Below are positions 1-13,645 of a DNA stretch of 64,000 nucleotides, piece after piece (within the stretch, counting starts at the first letter, position 1; each line of letters opens with the position of its first letter). The translations under genes and the position numbers were made by a program. The DNA lies in contig OX597814.1 in NCBI GenBank assembly GCA_951406725.2, forward strand, positions 85,374,001 to 85,438,000, given 5' to 3'. Under the pieces are notes generated by a model. The model saw nothing but the letters and a program-made list of their open reading frames with translations, made no database searches and was not told the origin of the DNA. The DNA is from Octopus vulgaris. Its lineage: Eukaryota.

Positions 1-739
1 TCTAAATTCAAAGGGGTTCAAATGAAAGACCACCATTGAAATAGTGAATGTATTGGTGGATAAGTAAAGGTAATGGTGATAGTGGTAGTAAGAATTGTGA
101 TAATAGTAGTAGTACAAGCAACAGTAAAAGATGTGTTAATGACAGCAAAATTGGTTGTGATATTAATGGTAATTATGCTAATAGTACCTCATTAAAGTTA
201 TTGTCTTCAATCAGATATACAAGAACTGATTCCATGGTAAGAAGAGATTAGTTGAATGCTATAAGAAGTCACCAGACACTCCAGTAAAGTTAATGTCCAA
301 GCAAAGACCTTCCTATTTTTATTGTGGTCACACTCCCTTGAGATTGCAGGTAGAACCCTTCTGCAGGTGAAGATTAATTCAATCCTTGCTGCCTAATTCA
401 GACAAGCATACAAGCTAAGGGGTAAAATGCATGTGATCCTGAGATCCCTGCTGATGATACAGAAGGATTTCTGACATTGAATAGATTCAGAAGAGATTGC
501 AATATCTCTGAGTAGCTCCTGCAGTTTCTGCATGGAGCAAAACATCTTTGATATTTATTTCACCTATTTTAAAGAAAGACAATTTTTTAAGGGAGACCTG
601 TATAATCACTTGAGCAGGTCAAGTGATTATACAGAAACTTCTTCTCTGGCTCATAGCAACTATTCAAAGTGGTTAACCTTATCAAAATTGTAAGATGTTT
701 TTCTTTCCCCCACTTGCATGGGTAGGTTGGACAATTACA

Positions 740-908
740 GGTAAGTTCACTGCCAGCAATTCACCGCAAGGAAAGTTCACCATGAGGAAAGTTTACCAAA
801 AAAGTATATCCATAGTATCTCACCATTAATAGTTAAAAACTAATTTATTGAAAAAAAAATGGTGAATTGATGATGATGAACTTTCCCTGTGATGACAGTA
901 AACTTACC
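740..908. mobile_element. Small foldback/MITE-like element
   Basis: Terminal inverted repeats ggtaagttcactg...cagtaaacttacc. Reiterated (aa)gttcacc-like subterminal motifs on the left and ggtgaa/gatgaac on the right. Confidence 0.55.
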
Positions 909-947
909 AGACATGGGGTACTTACCAGACAGGTTTGTTGTACAGCA

Positions 948-1131
948 CATGAGGGTGCTGAAAAGTTCCTGGCTCTAAGAGTATCACAAAAGGCCTGGTT
1001 GGAGGTTCAACTTTCCAAGTTTTTTCATAGGGATCAGAAAAACTGAAGGACCACTGCAATAAGTGTTAATAACTGATCTTCCTGCATTTTTCACTTACCC
1101 AAAGCCAGGAACTTTTCAGCACCCTCTTGTA
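948..1131 (+). mobile_element. Mariner-derived MITE
   Basis: 24-bp TIRs gagggtgctgaaaagttcctggct / agccaggaacttttcagcaccctc. The interior resembles a frameshifted remnant of the mariner C-terminus (GI.KL...C.KC). Confidence 0.85.
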
Positions 1132-1577
1132 TAGTGTTATTCATTAAATTCATTAATATTTCCTCATCTCATACATGAAGATTAATGTCTTGAGATTTAT
1201 CTGACCAATTATTCCTGTATCGTTTCCTTCATTAAATATCTGCCATTGAGAGCACTTTTCACACAACATTTATCACTTACATACATATCCACACCAGAGC
1301 AGTCATTCCTGATACATTAACTGATATATTTAATACCAAACTGTTCTTGCAGCATCACAATGCTCTACCTCTCCTGGTATTGTTAACTCAGATTTAACAT
1401 AAATTGGGGATTGGTTTTATGCCTGGATGTCTTTGCCCCAATTCTAACCACTCTGCTGTGAAAATGAGACAATAGTCCTTCAGCTTAATCATTTCCCCAC
1501 CAACAACACTACATTATGTACAAACTATATTCAAACGCTACACTTGGAAATAACATTTCTCAGTAAATATTATAACC

Positions 1578-1715
1578 TGGCACTCTCAGTTATGTCGACG
1601 TACTTTCCAGTTGATCGAAACAATGGAATAGCCTGTTTGTGAAATTAACGTGCAAGTGGCTGAGCACTACACAGACATGCATACTCTTAATGTAGTTCTC
1701 AGGGAGATTTGGTGT
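1578..1715 (-). mobile_element. SINE 3' fragment
   Basis: Near-identical to 17455-17600 (gaaattaacgtgcaagtggctgagcact...gtagttctcagggagatt). Confidence 0.7.
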
Positions 1716-1799
1716 TATATATATATACATACTCATACATATATATACACACACATACATATATATACACACATACATATATACTTTACATATAATTTT

Positions 1800-2120
1800 T
1801 TTACTACAAGTGGCCTAGTGTGTAGAAAAATTAGTCAATATACTATATATTATTCATATAAATACAGAGTTCATTTAAACACATAAGAGGTAACCATCAT
1901 AGAAAACCTAGCACGCTAGAAAGAATAGCTAAAATCCAAACCACTATTAGGGATAAATTTCGATTGGAATGAAAAAAAAAATATTTACCATCTATCTCCT
2001 GGACCATGGTTTCTAACTCTATATTAGCAAATAAAATAATTTGCCAGGTGGAGCTTTCATCAACAGGAACGCCAAGATTAAACATATAAATACGAGGCAA
2101 TCCAGTATGTGCCCCGTGCT
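1800..2120 (+). mobile_element. Possible decayed Penelope-like GIY-YIG endonuclease fragment
   Basis: Frameshifted translation YYK..LV...TE..FK....NH...ISW......KIIC resembles the C-terminus of Penelope-like elements. Very degenerate. Confidence 0.3.
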
Positions 2121-2159
2121 TATATATTATAATTTTTCAAATCCACTGTGCAAGCACAG

Positions 2160-2206
2160 CTTTTTATATATACACATACATATATATACACACATACATA
2201 CATATG

Positions 2207-2244
<38 letters not shown>

Positions 2245-2261
2245 GATATATATATATACAT

Positions 2262-2296
<35 letters not shown>

Positions 2297-2489
2297 CACA
2301 CATATATACATATATACACATATGTATATATATATATATACACCTACATATATATAAACACACATACATACATATATATACACAAACATACATATATATA
2401 CACAAACATACATACACATATATATATATACACAAACAAACATACATATATATATATATATATACACACATACATACATATATACTCAT

Positions 2490-2530
<41 letters not shown>
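2160..2530. repeat. (TA)n/(CA)n/(TACA)n compound microsatellite
   Basis: Directly visible; source of several spurious HI/YI-rich ORFs. Confidence 0.95.
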
Positions 2531-3084
2531 AAATCAAAATGAGCAACAAGGATATCCATAGGTAATGTAGTATGATCATTTCAAGCAAATCCATTTAATT
2601 GAACAATGCAATCATTACATCAATTTAAATGCAGAGCAATCCTCAGCTGCATAATGACATAGAATTGAATTAAATTAAAACAGATGGACACATTTGTATA
2701 ATTTTATCTAAAACCTCCAAGAAGGTAAAGAGATAGACAAAGAACATGCTGTCTTCACTTCAGCTTAGAAGCTACTAAGGTATCAGGAAGAAAGACTTGT
2801 AAGAGATCTAGCTTATCACTGTTTTTTGTGGTTAGTTCTAATTTATAGTTTTGTTAGTCTTTGTATATCAAAATATAAGGCCAAAGAACAAGGAGCAGTG
2901 TCTGTTAGGAAAGGGAGTGAGGGAGTCGGCAGAAATCATAGTGGGTATAGTCCTAAAACTATCAAGATTAATTTGAAGCAATATAATGAGATTTGGTAAA
3001 GGAAATCTTAAATCAAGATGTTAGCTGACAATTAAACCAATGATCATAATACAGGGGAAATTTTGTCATGGGGTACTATATTTA

Positions 3085-4515
3085 ATATTTTAAACAATAT
3101 TGCCATATTGTATAAAGATAAAATTTAGGGTCATTCAGAAGTTTATTAAGAAGAATATTATAACAAAAGAATAAAATCTTTTTGAATACTTTTGAGTATA
3201 TACCAAACTTTTACCACAATAGGGGGAAGAAAAGAAATTATCTTGAAATAGTTTAATATTTATACATATTACATACTTCAATACTAACTTATTAGATGAT
3301 ATCTATGAAGACTGATCACTGGTATTTAATAAAGGAGTACTGAGGTAAAAGAACATGCTAACTATATATTAATTAAATTATAATCTAAGCAGTTTATTTT
3401 AAGTAGTGAAGATGCCGGTATTGTTTTATATAAGCTAAGTATGAATTTATAGGGGTACAAAAATTAGATTTATTTTATAAATAAAGGCTATTACAGAATA
3501 ATAAAATGATCAGGTAGGGCAGAATACCATAGAAAAGGAATAAAATAGCTTAATCACTAAAAACCATGATAAAGTTTATATACCTTATTAACATCAGTAG
3601 AGAAGATTTATAGAAAATATTATAATTTAAGTATTTCAAACTAAAAATTGTTTATTTACATATTTAGCTTGTATCAATAAAGACTAATACCTGGTATTAG
3701 CTAAAGGAATATTGATGTTATAGGACATGCTAATTATATACTAATTATAAACTAAGAGGTATATTATAGGTTTTAAAAGTTATTAGTGTTACTCCATACA
3801 TGATATTATAGTTTCTTAGGGGTACTCAATTAGAAGGGCTACTTAGATAAAACCCTTATAAATACTAAGATCAGGAGGGTGGATCACTTTAAGTAAGGGA
3901 TAAATAAAGTAATTACTAAAACCATTTTAATCAATATTGCCATATTGTATAAAGTTAAAATTTAGAGTTATCAAGAAGATTATTAAGAAGAATATTATAA
4001 CAAAAGGATAAAATTTCTTTATGAAATAAACTTAATTTTTGAACCCCTATAAATTCATACTTAGCTTATATAAAACAATACTGGTATCTTCACAACTTAA
4101 AATAAACTGCTTAGATTATAATTTAATTAATATATAGTTAGCATGTTCTTTTGCCTCAGTACTCCTTTATTAAATACCAGTAAATTCCAATTGATCAACC
4201 TCCATAGATACCATCTAATAAGTTAATATCGAAGTATATAATATGTATAAATATAAAACTATTTCCATGTAATTTCTTTTCCTCTCTCTATTGTGGTAAA
4301 ATTTGGTATATACTCAAAAGTACTCAAAGAAATTTTATCCTTTTGTTATAATATTATTCTTAATAATCTTCTTAATAACCCTAATTTTAACTTTATACAA
4401 TATGGCAAAATTGTTTAAAATGGTTTTAGTAATTACTTTATTTATCCTTTTCTTAAAGTGTTCCACCCTCCTGATCTTAGTATTTATATTGGCCTTTATG
4501 TAAGTAGCCCTTAAA
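3085..4515. repeat. Complex tandem plus inverted duplication, possibly derived from a Penelope-like element
   Basis: tgccatattgtataaag occurs at 3101 and 3938. Diverged subunits start at ctggtat 3319 and 3691. 4020-4420 is the reverse complement of ~3085-3480, and 4330-4515 of ~3823-4020. Confidence 0.85.
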
Positions 4516-5659
4516 TTTTTAAGTATTCTCTACACTAACACTCATATTTCCTTCACCCTATTCTGACTGTGAGGCTGTTATTACTCTCTCCGGCCTTCAC
4601 GCTTTCTCTCTTCTGCCATCATGCTTTCTTTCTCTCCCTCATTCCCTCTTTCACTCTCTCCCTACATCCACTTCTCTCTGTGTCTCTCTCGTATTCCATC
4701 TTCTTCATTGGTTCACACATCTTAGATTATTGAGTATGTTCTATATTCTCTGTGTATGCAGTAACTTTCCTCCTCTACCTGTACTGGTGCCATGAGAAAT
4801 ATGCCCTGTATACATGTGGTTGTCAAATGAGCAGAGAAAGCATAGGACTGTGAGGTTCTTATAGTCCTGCCTCACCGAGGACTTTTCAATCTTTCATGAA
4901 AAAAATGCATCCAGTATTACTCTTTAAAGTGGTATGTAATAGGAAGTGCATTCGGACATAGAAACAAAAAAAAATAAATGATACATAACAAGCACTAGTG
5001 TATAGGAGCAGTGATTCCCAATAATAGATTATTCAAACTGTCATGATCATCCAACCCATGCTAGCATGGAAAGCAACTGTAAAAGGATGATGGTGATGAT
5101 ATCATCATGTTTTCTTTTTACTTACACTTTTCCATGTTAGCATGGGTTGGATGGGACTTTTTGAAGCACTGTTTTATGGCCAGATGCTTTTCATGATATC
5201 AAACTTTTAGTTACCTCTTGCAACACACAGGGATATAGTGTACCTATTCTAAAAATCAGACTACACTTGGTGTCTGTCTGTCTGTATCTATGTATGTATG
5301 CTTACACATGTGAACATTTTAAGTTAAAAAAACTTGACATGACTTCAAATTTCTGTTATTTCATTTCCAGGTCAACTGCTCCAAGCAAGACACTAGGGTG
5401 CACCAAGTTAAATTGAATTTCTCAAGAGGAAATAGATATTCAGTTTACTCACCTCACATACACACACACACACACACACAAAGAAGCACAAACACACAAA
5501 AATATATAAAGATATTACATACATATATGTATACACACACTTAGGTATATAATCATGCACATGTATACATGTATGTTTGTTTTAGCCAAAATAGGTAAAG
5601 ACATATATGAGGTAATTTTAAAATGTTAAAATTTTAAGTATAATGTTAGCCTATTTAAA

Positions 5660-6380
5660 TACTATTGAGCAAAACAGGCATAATCTCCACAATATTCTAC
5701 TACTGTGGTAGAATTGGCAATGTCCCCAGAATATTTTGGTCTGATCTGCAGTAATTTTGAGATAATAACTAACATCTTGAAACTGAACGTAGTCATTATC
5801 AATCTTTCCAGGTTGCAGAAAAACCAATCAGTGAAAGCCGCAGATGGTTGTGGAAAAAGTTGAAGATGACTAAGATGGTTTATGAAGTAAGAAATGTAAC
5901 TGATGGAGATAGAGAGCATGGTGACATGGAGACAGTTTAAGGCAGCTATGGTCATAGAGAGGAATGGCAGGAAATATGTTTAAAAGTTGATGGAAGGAAT
6001 AGAGGTGGAAATTGTGATGGTGGTGGTGGTGCTGTCCTCAATAGACAAAACACACACAAAAAAAAAACAATAGATCTTGTGGACAGGCCTTGTTACACAG
6101 AGAGAGAGTATTGTCTGAACTGTGCAAATATGGATCTGTGCCGAGCTCTTTCCTATGTCAGACAACCTGCCCTGGAGGGGTGTGAGTAGTGCAAGAACAA
6201 ACAGTCCATGAGATAAGCATCAGCATGAAAATTGACAATTCCAAGAAGTTATTCTTTACACTGCAAATGTGCCAAAGCTATTCATCAGAAGTTGCTTTCA
6301 AAAGTCTGAACATAGTTTGTGGTTGATGTAAGGTGTCAACATGGAACACTGAATTACCATTGTCAAAGTTGTCATAATTG
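5660..6380 (-). mobile_element. Possible highly decayed LINE endonuclease-region fragment
   Basis: Complex sequence, richer in GC than its flanks, with stop-interrupted frames and only weak similarity to CR1/L2-type ORF2. Confidence 0.25.
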
Positions 6381-7689
6381 TTTCTTTGCAACAGTTTTCT
6401 CCTTTCATTATCATCAATTCTTTTAATCCATGTTTGTATTTCTTACCAGAAGTCTAAAAGAAGACTGTTTTCTTTTTTTTTCCACAAAACTTTAAAACTA
6501 CTTTTATTTATTTTTGTTATCTATTATTACCTATTTGAGAAGCTCAAGTCTCCTTAGCAAGTTCCATTATTTCAGTTAGGATTGGCACCCTTTATTTTGT
6601 TATATAAGTGAAGTATGATAATTAGATAAAAGCAGAAAGAACTTGAGACAAGAGTTATTTTGTGTGAAAATAACAGACAGTTGTTGATTCTCCCTCTTGT
6701 TGTTTCCATTATGTCTACTTACAGGAGAGATCAAAGCTTCAGTTAAAGTTTCTTGGCTTGAAATTATCCAAAATAATTCCAATAAAAAGAAACATTTTTC
6801 ATAAATATCACACACTTTACTATCACACACACATGTATGCTTCTTGATGACTTCCCCTGTGGAGAATGCAAGACACCTGCCATTACATTTTACTTTACTG
6901 GAAATTTCAACATGAATGATATTCAATATTTTGGGGGAGGATGTCACATTTGGAATGACTGAAGTGGAATTTTATATAATAGTAGACTTTTATCTCTCTT
7001 TGTCTGTCTTTGTCTGTCTCGCTCATGCTAACATCAACAGAACCATTAGCATTATCTTTGTCAAATATTACAGAAGTAAAACTGTGTACCTGACAAATTT
7101 TACACACTTCAAAGGTTACATTTGTGAAATGTTTACACATATCAAACATTACATCACCCATATCAGGCACATTTTAAACTTATGCACAAATGGCTACAAG
7201 ACCTAATCACACTGACACATCAAACACTGTTTATATCCAGAGTGCTGGATGTAATTCTGTTGTGTTAGAATTATACAGGTTATTTCAGGGACATAGGTCA
7301 ACTTATAACTGACCAGATCTACTCAATAATAAGTTATAAGTGATGCAGACATGGCAATGTAGCTGAGAATTTCATTTCACAATCACAATTCTGGGTTTTA
7401 TCCTGCTGCAGGGCACCTTGGACAGGTGTCTTCTGCCATAACCTCAGGTTGATTTGACTAATCTATGGGTTCCAACAGACTTTTATCTCTTGGGTCAGAA
7501 GCTTCTTGTCTGATCACACCATTATAGCATACATAGAATTCTCTTTTAACACATGCTACATCAACTCTAGTGTGCACCATAGCTCCATTATGATGCCTAC
7601 ACTCCTTACCAACATTAATGACAGCAGCACACCTGTTTTTGTTCACATTCTTGATTACCCTCTCTCTCTCTGACTGGATAACCATGTAA

Positions 7690-7930
7690 CTTCTCTACAG
7701 TGAGACACCTGTTTCTGTCTCTCTGTCACATTCTAACCTCTCATCATCTGATACGTGATCACCTCCTCCAATTCTCCATCCCCTCTCAAAGAATCTTTGT
7801 CTTGCAAGTTACTTGGTGACTCAAGTTATGTGCTAGTGCTGGTGCCACGTAAAAAGTATCTAGTCCACACTGTAAAGTGGTTGGTGTTTGGAAGGGCATC
7901 CAGCTGTAAAAACCATGCCAGAAATTACCT
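7690..7930 (+). mobile_element. SINE/non-autonomous retroelement sharing the RTE-associated 3' module
   Basis: ggtgccacgtaaaaag...cacactgtaaagtggttgg...ggaagggcatccagctgtaaaaaccatgcc. The same module occurs at ~4780-5100, 14580-14800, 51930-52385 and, reversed, at 44720-45075. Confidence 0.75.
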
Positions 7931-8289
7931 TTCCACAAAATTAATTAATAAAAGGTGACACACACGTAATATGAAAAGTAATTGAGATAAGGAGAGCAAA
8001 TAGGAGGCTTTAAAAGAAAAAAAGAGCACGCATATACAACACAAAACCGTTAAAAGCCTAAAGATTAAGTCTATCTAGAGGGAAGTCCCTACATTGGTTG
8101 CATGACCTACTAGAAATAGTAGCTAAATCTCCATCATATTACAAGCTACAGTTTTAAAACAATACAGGATACATTGAGTTATGTAGTTGTTTGGGATCTG
8201 TACTATGACTGGAAATATAAGATGACATGGTCATGGCTGGGTTGTCATCTTTGATTACATATCTGCTAGATTGAGAGAGACACTACCTA

Positions 8290-8860
8290 TAACATATCAC
8301 ACCACACATACATTATACAACAGAAATGGCAATGTACTACTCTCACATGTGCGCACACATACATTATACAACAAAACCTCACAACACTCACATGCGTACA
8401 CATACACACACACACTACACATGAGTGCACTATACACACACACATTATACAACAGTGCACCATACACATATATACACATCACATACATCATACAACAGAA
8501 ATTCACCACACACAGACACACAGGCACATGTTACACAACAGATCCACACACACACACACATGCACATTGCAACAGATCCTATACACACAAATGTTTATGT
8601 GTGCACACATGCATAAAACATACACACTACACAACACGAGTTTACCATACACACATACAACAGAATCTCACCACACACAGACACATTACACAACAAACTT
8701 CACCACATGCAGACACAAAGACATACATACATTACACAACAAATCACTAATATATATATACACACACATATTTGACAAAAGAATCTCACCATGCATCCAT
8801 ACATTATACAACAGAACTTCAACATCATTGTACACACACATAACTCAATCTTATTACACA
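8290..8860. repeat. Degenerate CA-rich minisatellite
   Basis: Recurrent cacacattatacaacagaa-like units embedded in (CA)n. Confidence 0.8.
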
Positions 8861-9165
8861 TGCCTTTTTTTTAAGCCAATGAGAGAGCTTTTTACATGAT
8901 TACCTGACCTGCTAGGGTGTCATCTACAAATCCCACCCCAGTATGAATAGAGGTAAGCATGGCAATGTGGTAAAGCAGTTTGCTTTTCAAATAGGAGGTC
9001 CTAGATTCAGTTGGCTGTACAGCACTTTAGGCAAGAGTCTTTCCCTTAGCCTTGAGTAGATGGAAGCAGTGTGGAAATCTCTAGGAAGAACTTGAATTTC
9101 AACAACAATCCAATGATATGCTTTCGTTAAAAAAAAAAAAAAAAGAATAACACAACAGAACTTAC

Positions 9166-9212
9166 TTTGAAAAGCTCTTCGAAGTAACAAGTCCAGGAGT
9201 GTCAACAAAAAC
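9166..9212 (-). CDS. ERAL1: ERAL1 internal coding exon with G3 motif
   Basis: 47-nt exon, ttttctgattgcAG...GTaagt. Encodes VFVDTPGLVTSKSFS plus a split codon; DTPG is G3. Phase 0 start, in frame with the previous exon. Confidence 0.93.
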
Positions 9213-10029
9213 CTGCAATCAGAAAATATGTCCATGGAAAGTTGATCACATTTGAGAATGAAAATCTAAGGAAGGAAGGAAACTTGGAAAAGGGTAAACT
9301 GAAACTATAAGATTAAAAGATAAAAAAACCCCACTTAATTAATATTGTTTGTGAATATTTTTTCCATGACTATTATCATCACCATCATCATCATCACCAC
9401 CACCACTGGCATTATCAATATAAAAACGACAGCAATGATGATAAAGATGATGAATAAGTACATTTCTAGGCTAGCATTAAGTTTTTAGAATTGAAACGCA
9501 TTCTACTGTAAAGCAAAAGTAGAACTTGAAAAATAGAAACGCAAGAAGAAATACCAGCAAAGAGGAGTTGGGCAGATGGGCAGACAGACAGACAGACAAT
9601 TAAACAAAGAGGAAGGCAGGAAGACATGCAGTTGGTCAGTGAAGTGGACAGTGAGGTGGGCAATGAGGCAAAGAGACAGGCAAAAAGATGAGATTGAGCA
9701 ACAGTAATACAGTCAAGCAGTAACAGAGATACACAATGGAAGACAGGTGGGGAGTGTGAGACAGACAGATAGTGTGGTAGACAGAGTGAAATAGACATTC
9801 ATTGAGACAGTGTCTTAGACAGATAGAGAGTGAGACAGTGTCACAGTAAAATAGGCAGTCTGTTAGACAAACAGATTATGAGACAGATAGTGCAGTAGAT
9901 AGACTGTTGGAGAGATAGACTATTGGACTGAGAGTGAGTTAGAAACATATAGTGAGATACACATTCAGTAAGATAAGCAAACAGTTGTTGAGACAAGAGC
10001 ACAGCCAATGAAATGGGTAGATAGTGAAA

Positions 10030-10230
10030 ATCTAGACTGTGGGACAGATAGACTGTGGAACAGATTGATTGTGAGCCAGATTGACTGTGGGATAGATAGG
10101 CTGTGGGATAGATAGACTGGGACAGATTGTCTGTGGGACATGACTGTAGGACAGATAATCTGTGGGCAGGTAGGCTGTAGGACAGATAGGCTGTGGGACT
10201 GATAGACTGTGAGACAGATAGATTGTGGGA
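10030..10230. repeat. ~16-bp minisatellite (gatagactgtgggaca-like)
   Basis: About a dozen diverged tandem copies inside a larger GACA/GATA-rich block (9560-10370). Confidence 0.85.
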
Positions 10231-10539
10231 TTGAGAGTAAGACAAAGACATACAATGATGTAGACATACAGTAAGATAAGTAAACAGTTATTGAGACAAG
10301 CAGACAGTCAATAAAATAGGGAGACAGTAAGACAATGAGAGAAGTTTGTAAGCAATGAGACAGCTTGACAGGAAGCGGAAAATAATTTCCAATTGTCATC
10401 AAAATACATAAAGACAGAGTGTAGTGTTAGACAGTGGTATGTAGATACAGCCATAGTGGACAGTTTTATTATCTAAACTTGTGTGTGAATTACATAATGT
10501 GGCATCTTGGGAGACAAATATTGTGGAGCAGGGAGAATG

Positions 10540-10875
10540 AAGATAGGGAGAAGAGAGATAGGGAAAAATAGAGACAGGGATCAAGAAAAGGGCATAGAGA
10601 GAAAGAATGGAAGGTAAAGAGGAAGAGGACAAAGACAGAGGTGGAGAGAGAGAATGAGAGAGAGAAAACTGAAAGAGAGATAGGTAGAGCAAGGATGAGA
10701 AAAAATGAGGAAGAGAAAGTAAAAGAAAATGAGAGAGGGTGAGAGAGAGAGAGGAGGGTGATAGGGAAAAATAGAGACAGGGGAAGGGATAGAGAAAAGG
10801 GGCATAGAGAGGAAGAATAGAAGGTGTAGATGGGAGAAAGACGAAGACAAGAAAGATAGAGGTGGAGGGATAGAA

Positions 10876-10933
<58 letters not shown>

Positions 10934-10970
10934 GCAAAGAAACAGAAGATAATAATTGAAAAAGTAAAGA
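10540..10970. repeat. Polypurine tract with internal duplication and (GA)n
   Basis: gatagggaaaaatagagacaggg...ggcatagagag occurs at ~10557 and ~10760. Pure (GA)n at ~10879-10929. Confidence 0.9.
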
Positions 10971-11966
10971 GAAGTAACAGCAGGTCAGACATAGCTTTTA
11001 TTGGTTTATGACGTGTGAAAATTGGAGGGAATCACCAGAAAAATAGGGGACAAAGCTATTTGTAAGATATAAGAGAACAAAGCTGAGACTAAAGGAAGGT
11101 GAGAGCCAGAACTGAAGGGGAAGGTGAGAGAGAGAAGAAACTTTTATGTATGTGTGTGTCTAATTTTACATACAGACACATATACAAATATGTATATACA
11201 TGCACATACACACACATGTATACATACACACATAGATATACATGCAAATGCATACATGTACATACAAATGCATATGTATACATACATATATGTACACACA
11301 TATACAAATGCATACATATATATATATAAAAATGCATATATATATATATATATGCAGATACCTATGTATAGAAATGCATACATATACATGCACAAACATA
11401 TGTGTAGACATGCACACACACATACACAAAGAGAGATAGAGAGAGAAATTCAAACATGCCTGGATGGATAGACAGACAGAAAGATAGATAGATAAAAAGA
11501 CAGAGAGATTCATGAATGGATGGATGGTTAACTATATATATATGTATATATATGTATGCATGTATGTATGTATGCAGAGGGAGAAATAAAAAAAGAGTGG
11601 CATAAATAAAGTGATAGATAAATTAGGTAGATACTTTAGGTGGACAGACATGCACATAGACAAATCAGATAGAGTTTAGAAAGGTAGATCAGTAGATTAG
11701 ATAAATAGATGATTAGATTATATAGCTAGATAGATGGATGGATGAACAGATAAAACAGAACATGAATACACACACTGAGATACAGCTACACAGTGTGTTG
11801 TTGTTGTTGTATGTGTGTATGTATGTGTGTGAGAGAGAGGGAGAGAGAAAGACAATTCAGATAATATAGATTAATAAACAGAACACACACTACTACACAG
11901 AGTGCAGTTGTGTGCGACAATTCAAATATAGATAGATTAATAAACAGAACACACACATACACACAT

Positions 11967-12016
<50 letters not shown>

Positions 12017-13379
12017 CAGACAAATAGAAACATAGTTAGAGAGGCAAAAATGAGAGATTTCATGTTGTCCCTTGGAAAGTGCTCTTACACATTCTGCACA
12101 TAAGCTCACATACACAAATGCACAATCGCTCACAAGCCCAACACATGCATACACACATAGGAGTGTGCGTGCGTGTAAGGTGGTGGTGTTGGTGGGAGAT
12201 AACCATTGAACAAATCGAGGTGCAAAGCAAGAGAAATGAATGGCCAGGCCAAATTGACAGCGAGAACATTGGTGCCAAACCAACACGCTCAGGTGACAAA
12301 TCACATTGCTTGCAGGGTTTGGTTTCTACAGAAAACCACTGTACTGCTTTACTGCCTCTGCTCACTTCAACAGCATCTCCCCCCAACTCCATTCACCAAA
12401 CCCATCAGCTTATCCCCATTTACCAAACCATTTTCCTCCAAGAGTTGACAGATACAAGATCATACACACATACACACATGCACATAATTATGAAAATTTA
12501 CTCTCCCTCTTTTTCCATGGAAAAAAAAAAATAAAACAGAAAAATGTTTCTGCATGAGATTGCAGTGATCAATTATAGTAACGTCCAGTTAGTTCATCAC
12601 TTAAAACATGCAAAGAAAGATAGGTGGGTGACAAGGTATGGTGTTATGGTAGTTGTGCGTGTGCGCATGTGTGTGTGTGTGAGTGTAGGTGTGTTAGAGA
12701 ACATACAAGATTTTAAAAAATATATACACATGCAAATATCCTCCTGATCATAATCATAATGTTCACTTTTACATGTTTGCATAGGTCAGATAGATTTTGT
12801 TGAGTCAGGTTTTCTATGGCTGGATGCCCTTCCTGTTGCCAGCCTTCACCTGTTTCCAAGAAAGGTGATATTTTCCTGTCATGACCAGACATTGTTTTTC
12901 AAGGAAGATTGGAAATGAATATCCTCTCTAGTATGACAACGGTGCTTATTTACAACCACCATGTGATGTCTACACAAGGGCACACACAAACACATGAACA
13001 CATGCATACATTCATATGTAATAAGCTTCTTTCAGTTTCCATTTACCAAACCTACTCACAAGGCATGGGATGAGCTGGGGCTATAATAGAAGATAACCAA
13101 GGTACTATACTAAGAGACTGAACCCAAGACCATATGACTGAGAAGCAAGCTTCTTAACACACAACCAAACACACATATGAAGGATTGCTTTGGTCCAAGG
13201 CTAGAATGCCTGTCATGTCTACAGGAGTTGTGGGTTCAAGTCCTATGGGCAGCATTTGACTTTTTCTATCGAGAAGGGGTTCTCAATCCAATATCTAGAT
13301 GCTATTATTTATAGCTTTATATGTACTTTGAGATTCACTATTCCATACCCCTCCCCCCAATTATTTCACATTCTCTCAA

Positions 13380-13645
13380 AAGTATCTGGGCAAGGTTGTT
13401 TATGGAAGGCTAACAGATGCCTGTGCATACCAGCCTCCCCTCTCTATGCTACTAATGTTATCCAAGGGAAAGGCAAAGGCTGATACAGCTTGGCACTAGT
13501 GACATCACAACTCATTTCTACAGCTGAGTGAACTGAACCAACATGAAAAAAAGTGTCTTGTTCAAGAACACAACACACAGACTGGTCTGGGAATCAAACT
13601 CACTACCACATAATTGTGAGCCTAATGCTCTAACCACTGAGCAAT
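13380..13645 (-). mobile_element. tRNA-derived SINE (family B)
   Basis: Reverse-strand head with A/B-box-like motifs (ctcagtggttagagc...gtttgattcc) and body cttgaacaagacact...cactcagctgtagaaatgag. Confidence 0.75.

Noticed and set aside
2041-2594. Long ORFs rich in Y/I/H/T or C/V/Y/M (also at 11089-11513, 16628-17236, 26617-27407, 37578-38183, 58161-58472 and 60783-61518)
   Set aside because: Translations of (TA)n/(CA)n microsatellites, open in several frames on both strands.
4303-4503. Hydrophobic AT-rich ORF suggesting a mitochondrial insertion (NUMT)
   Set aside because: No recognisable mitochondrial gene motifs; it lies in the duplicated block and the other copy has stops.
6723-6760. 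Minus-strand donor GTaagt as a candidate next ERAL1 exon
   Set aside because: Upstream translation QETLTEALISP does not convincingly match the expected ERAL1 segment after G3, and the acceptor is poor.
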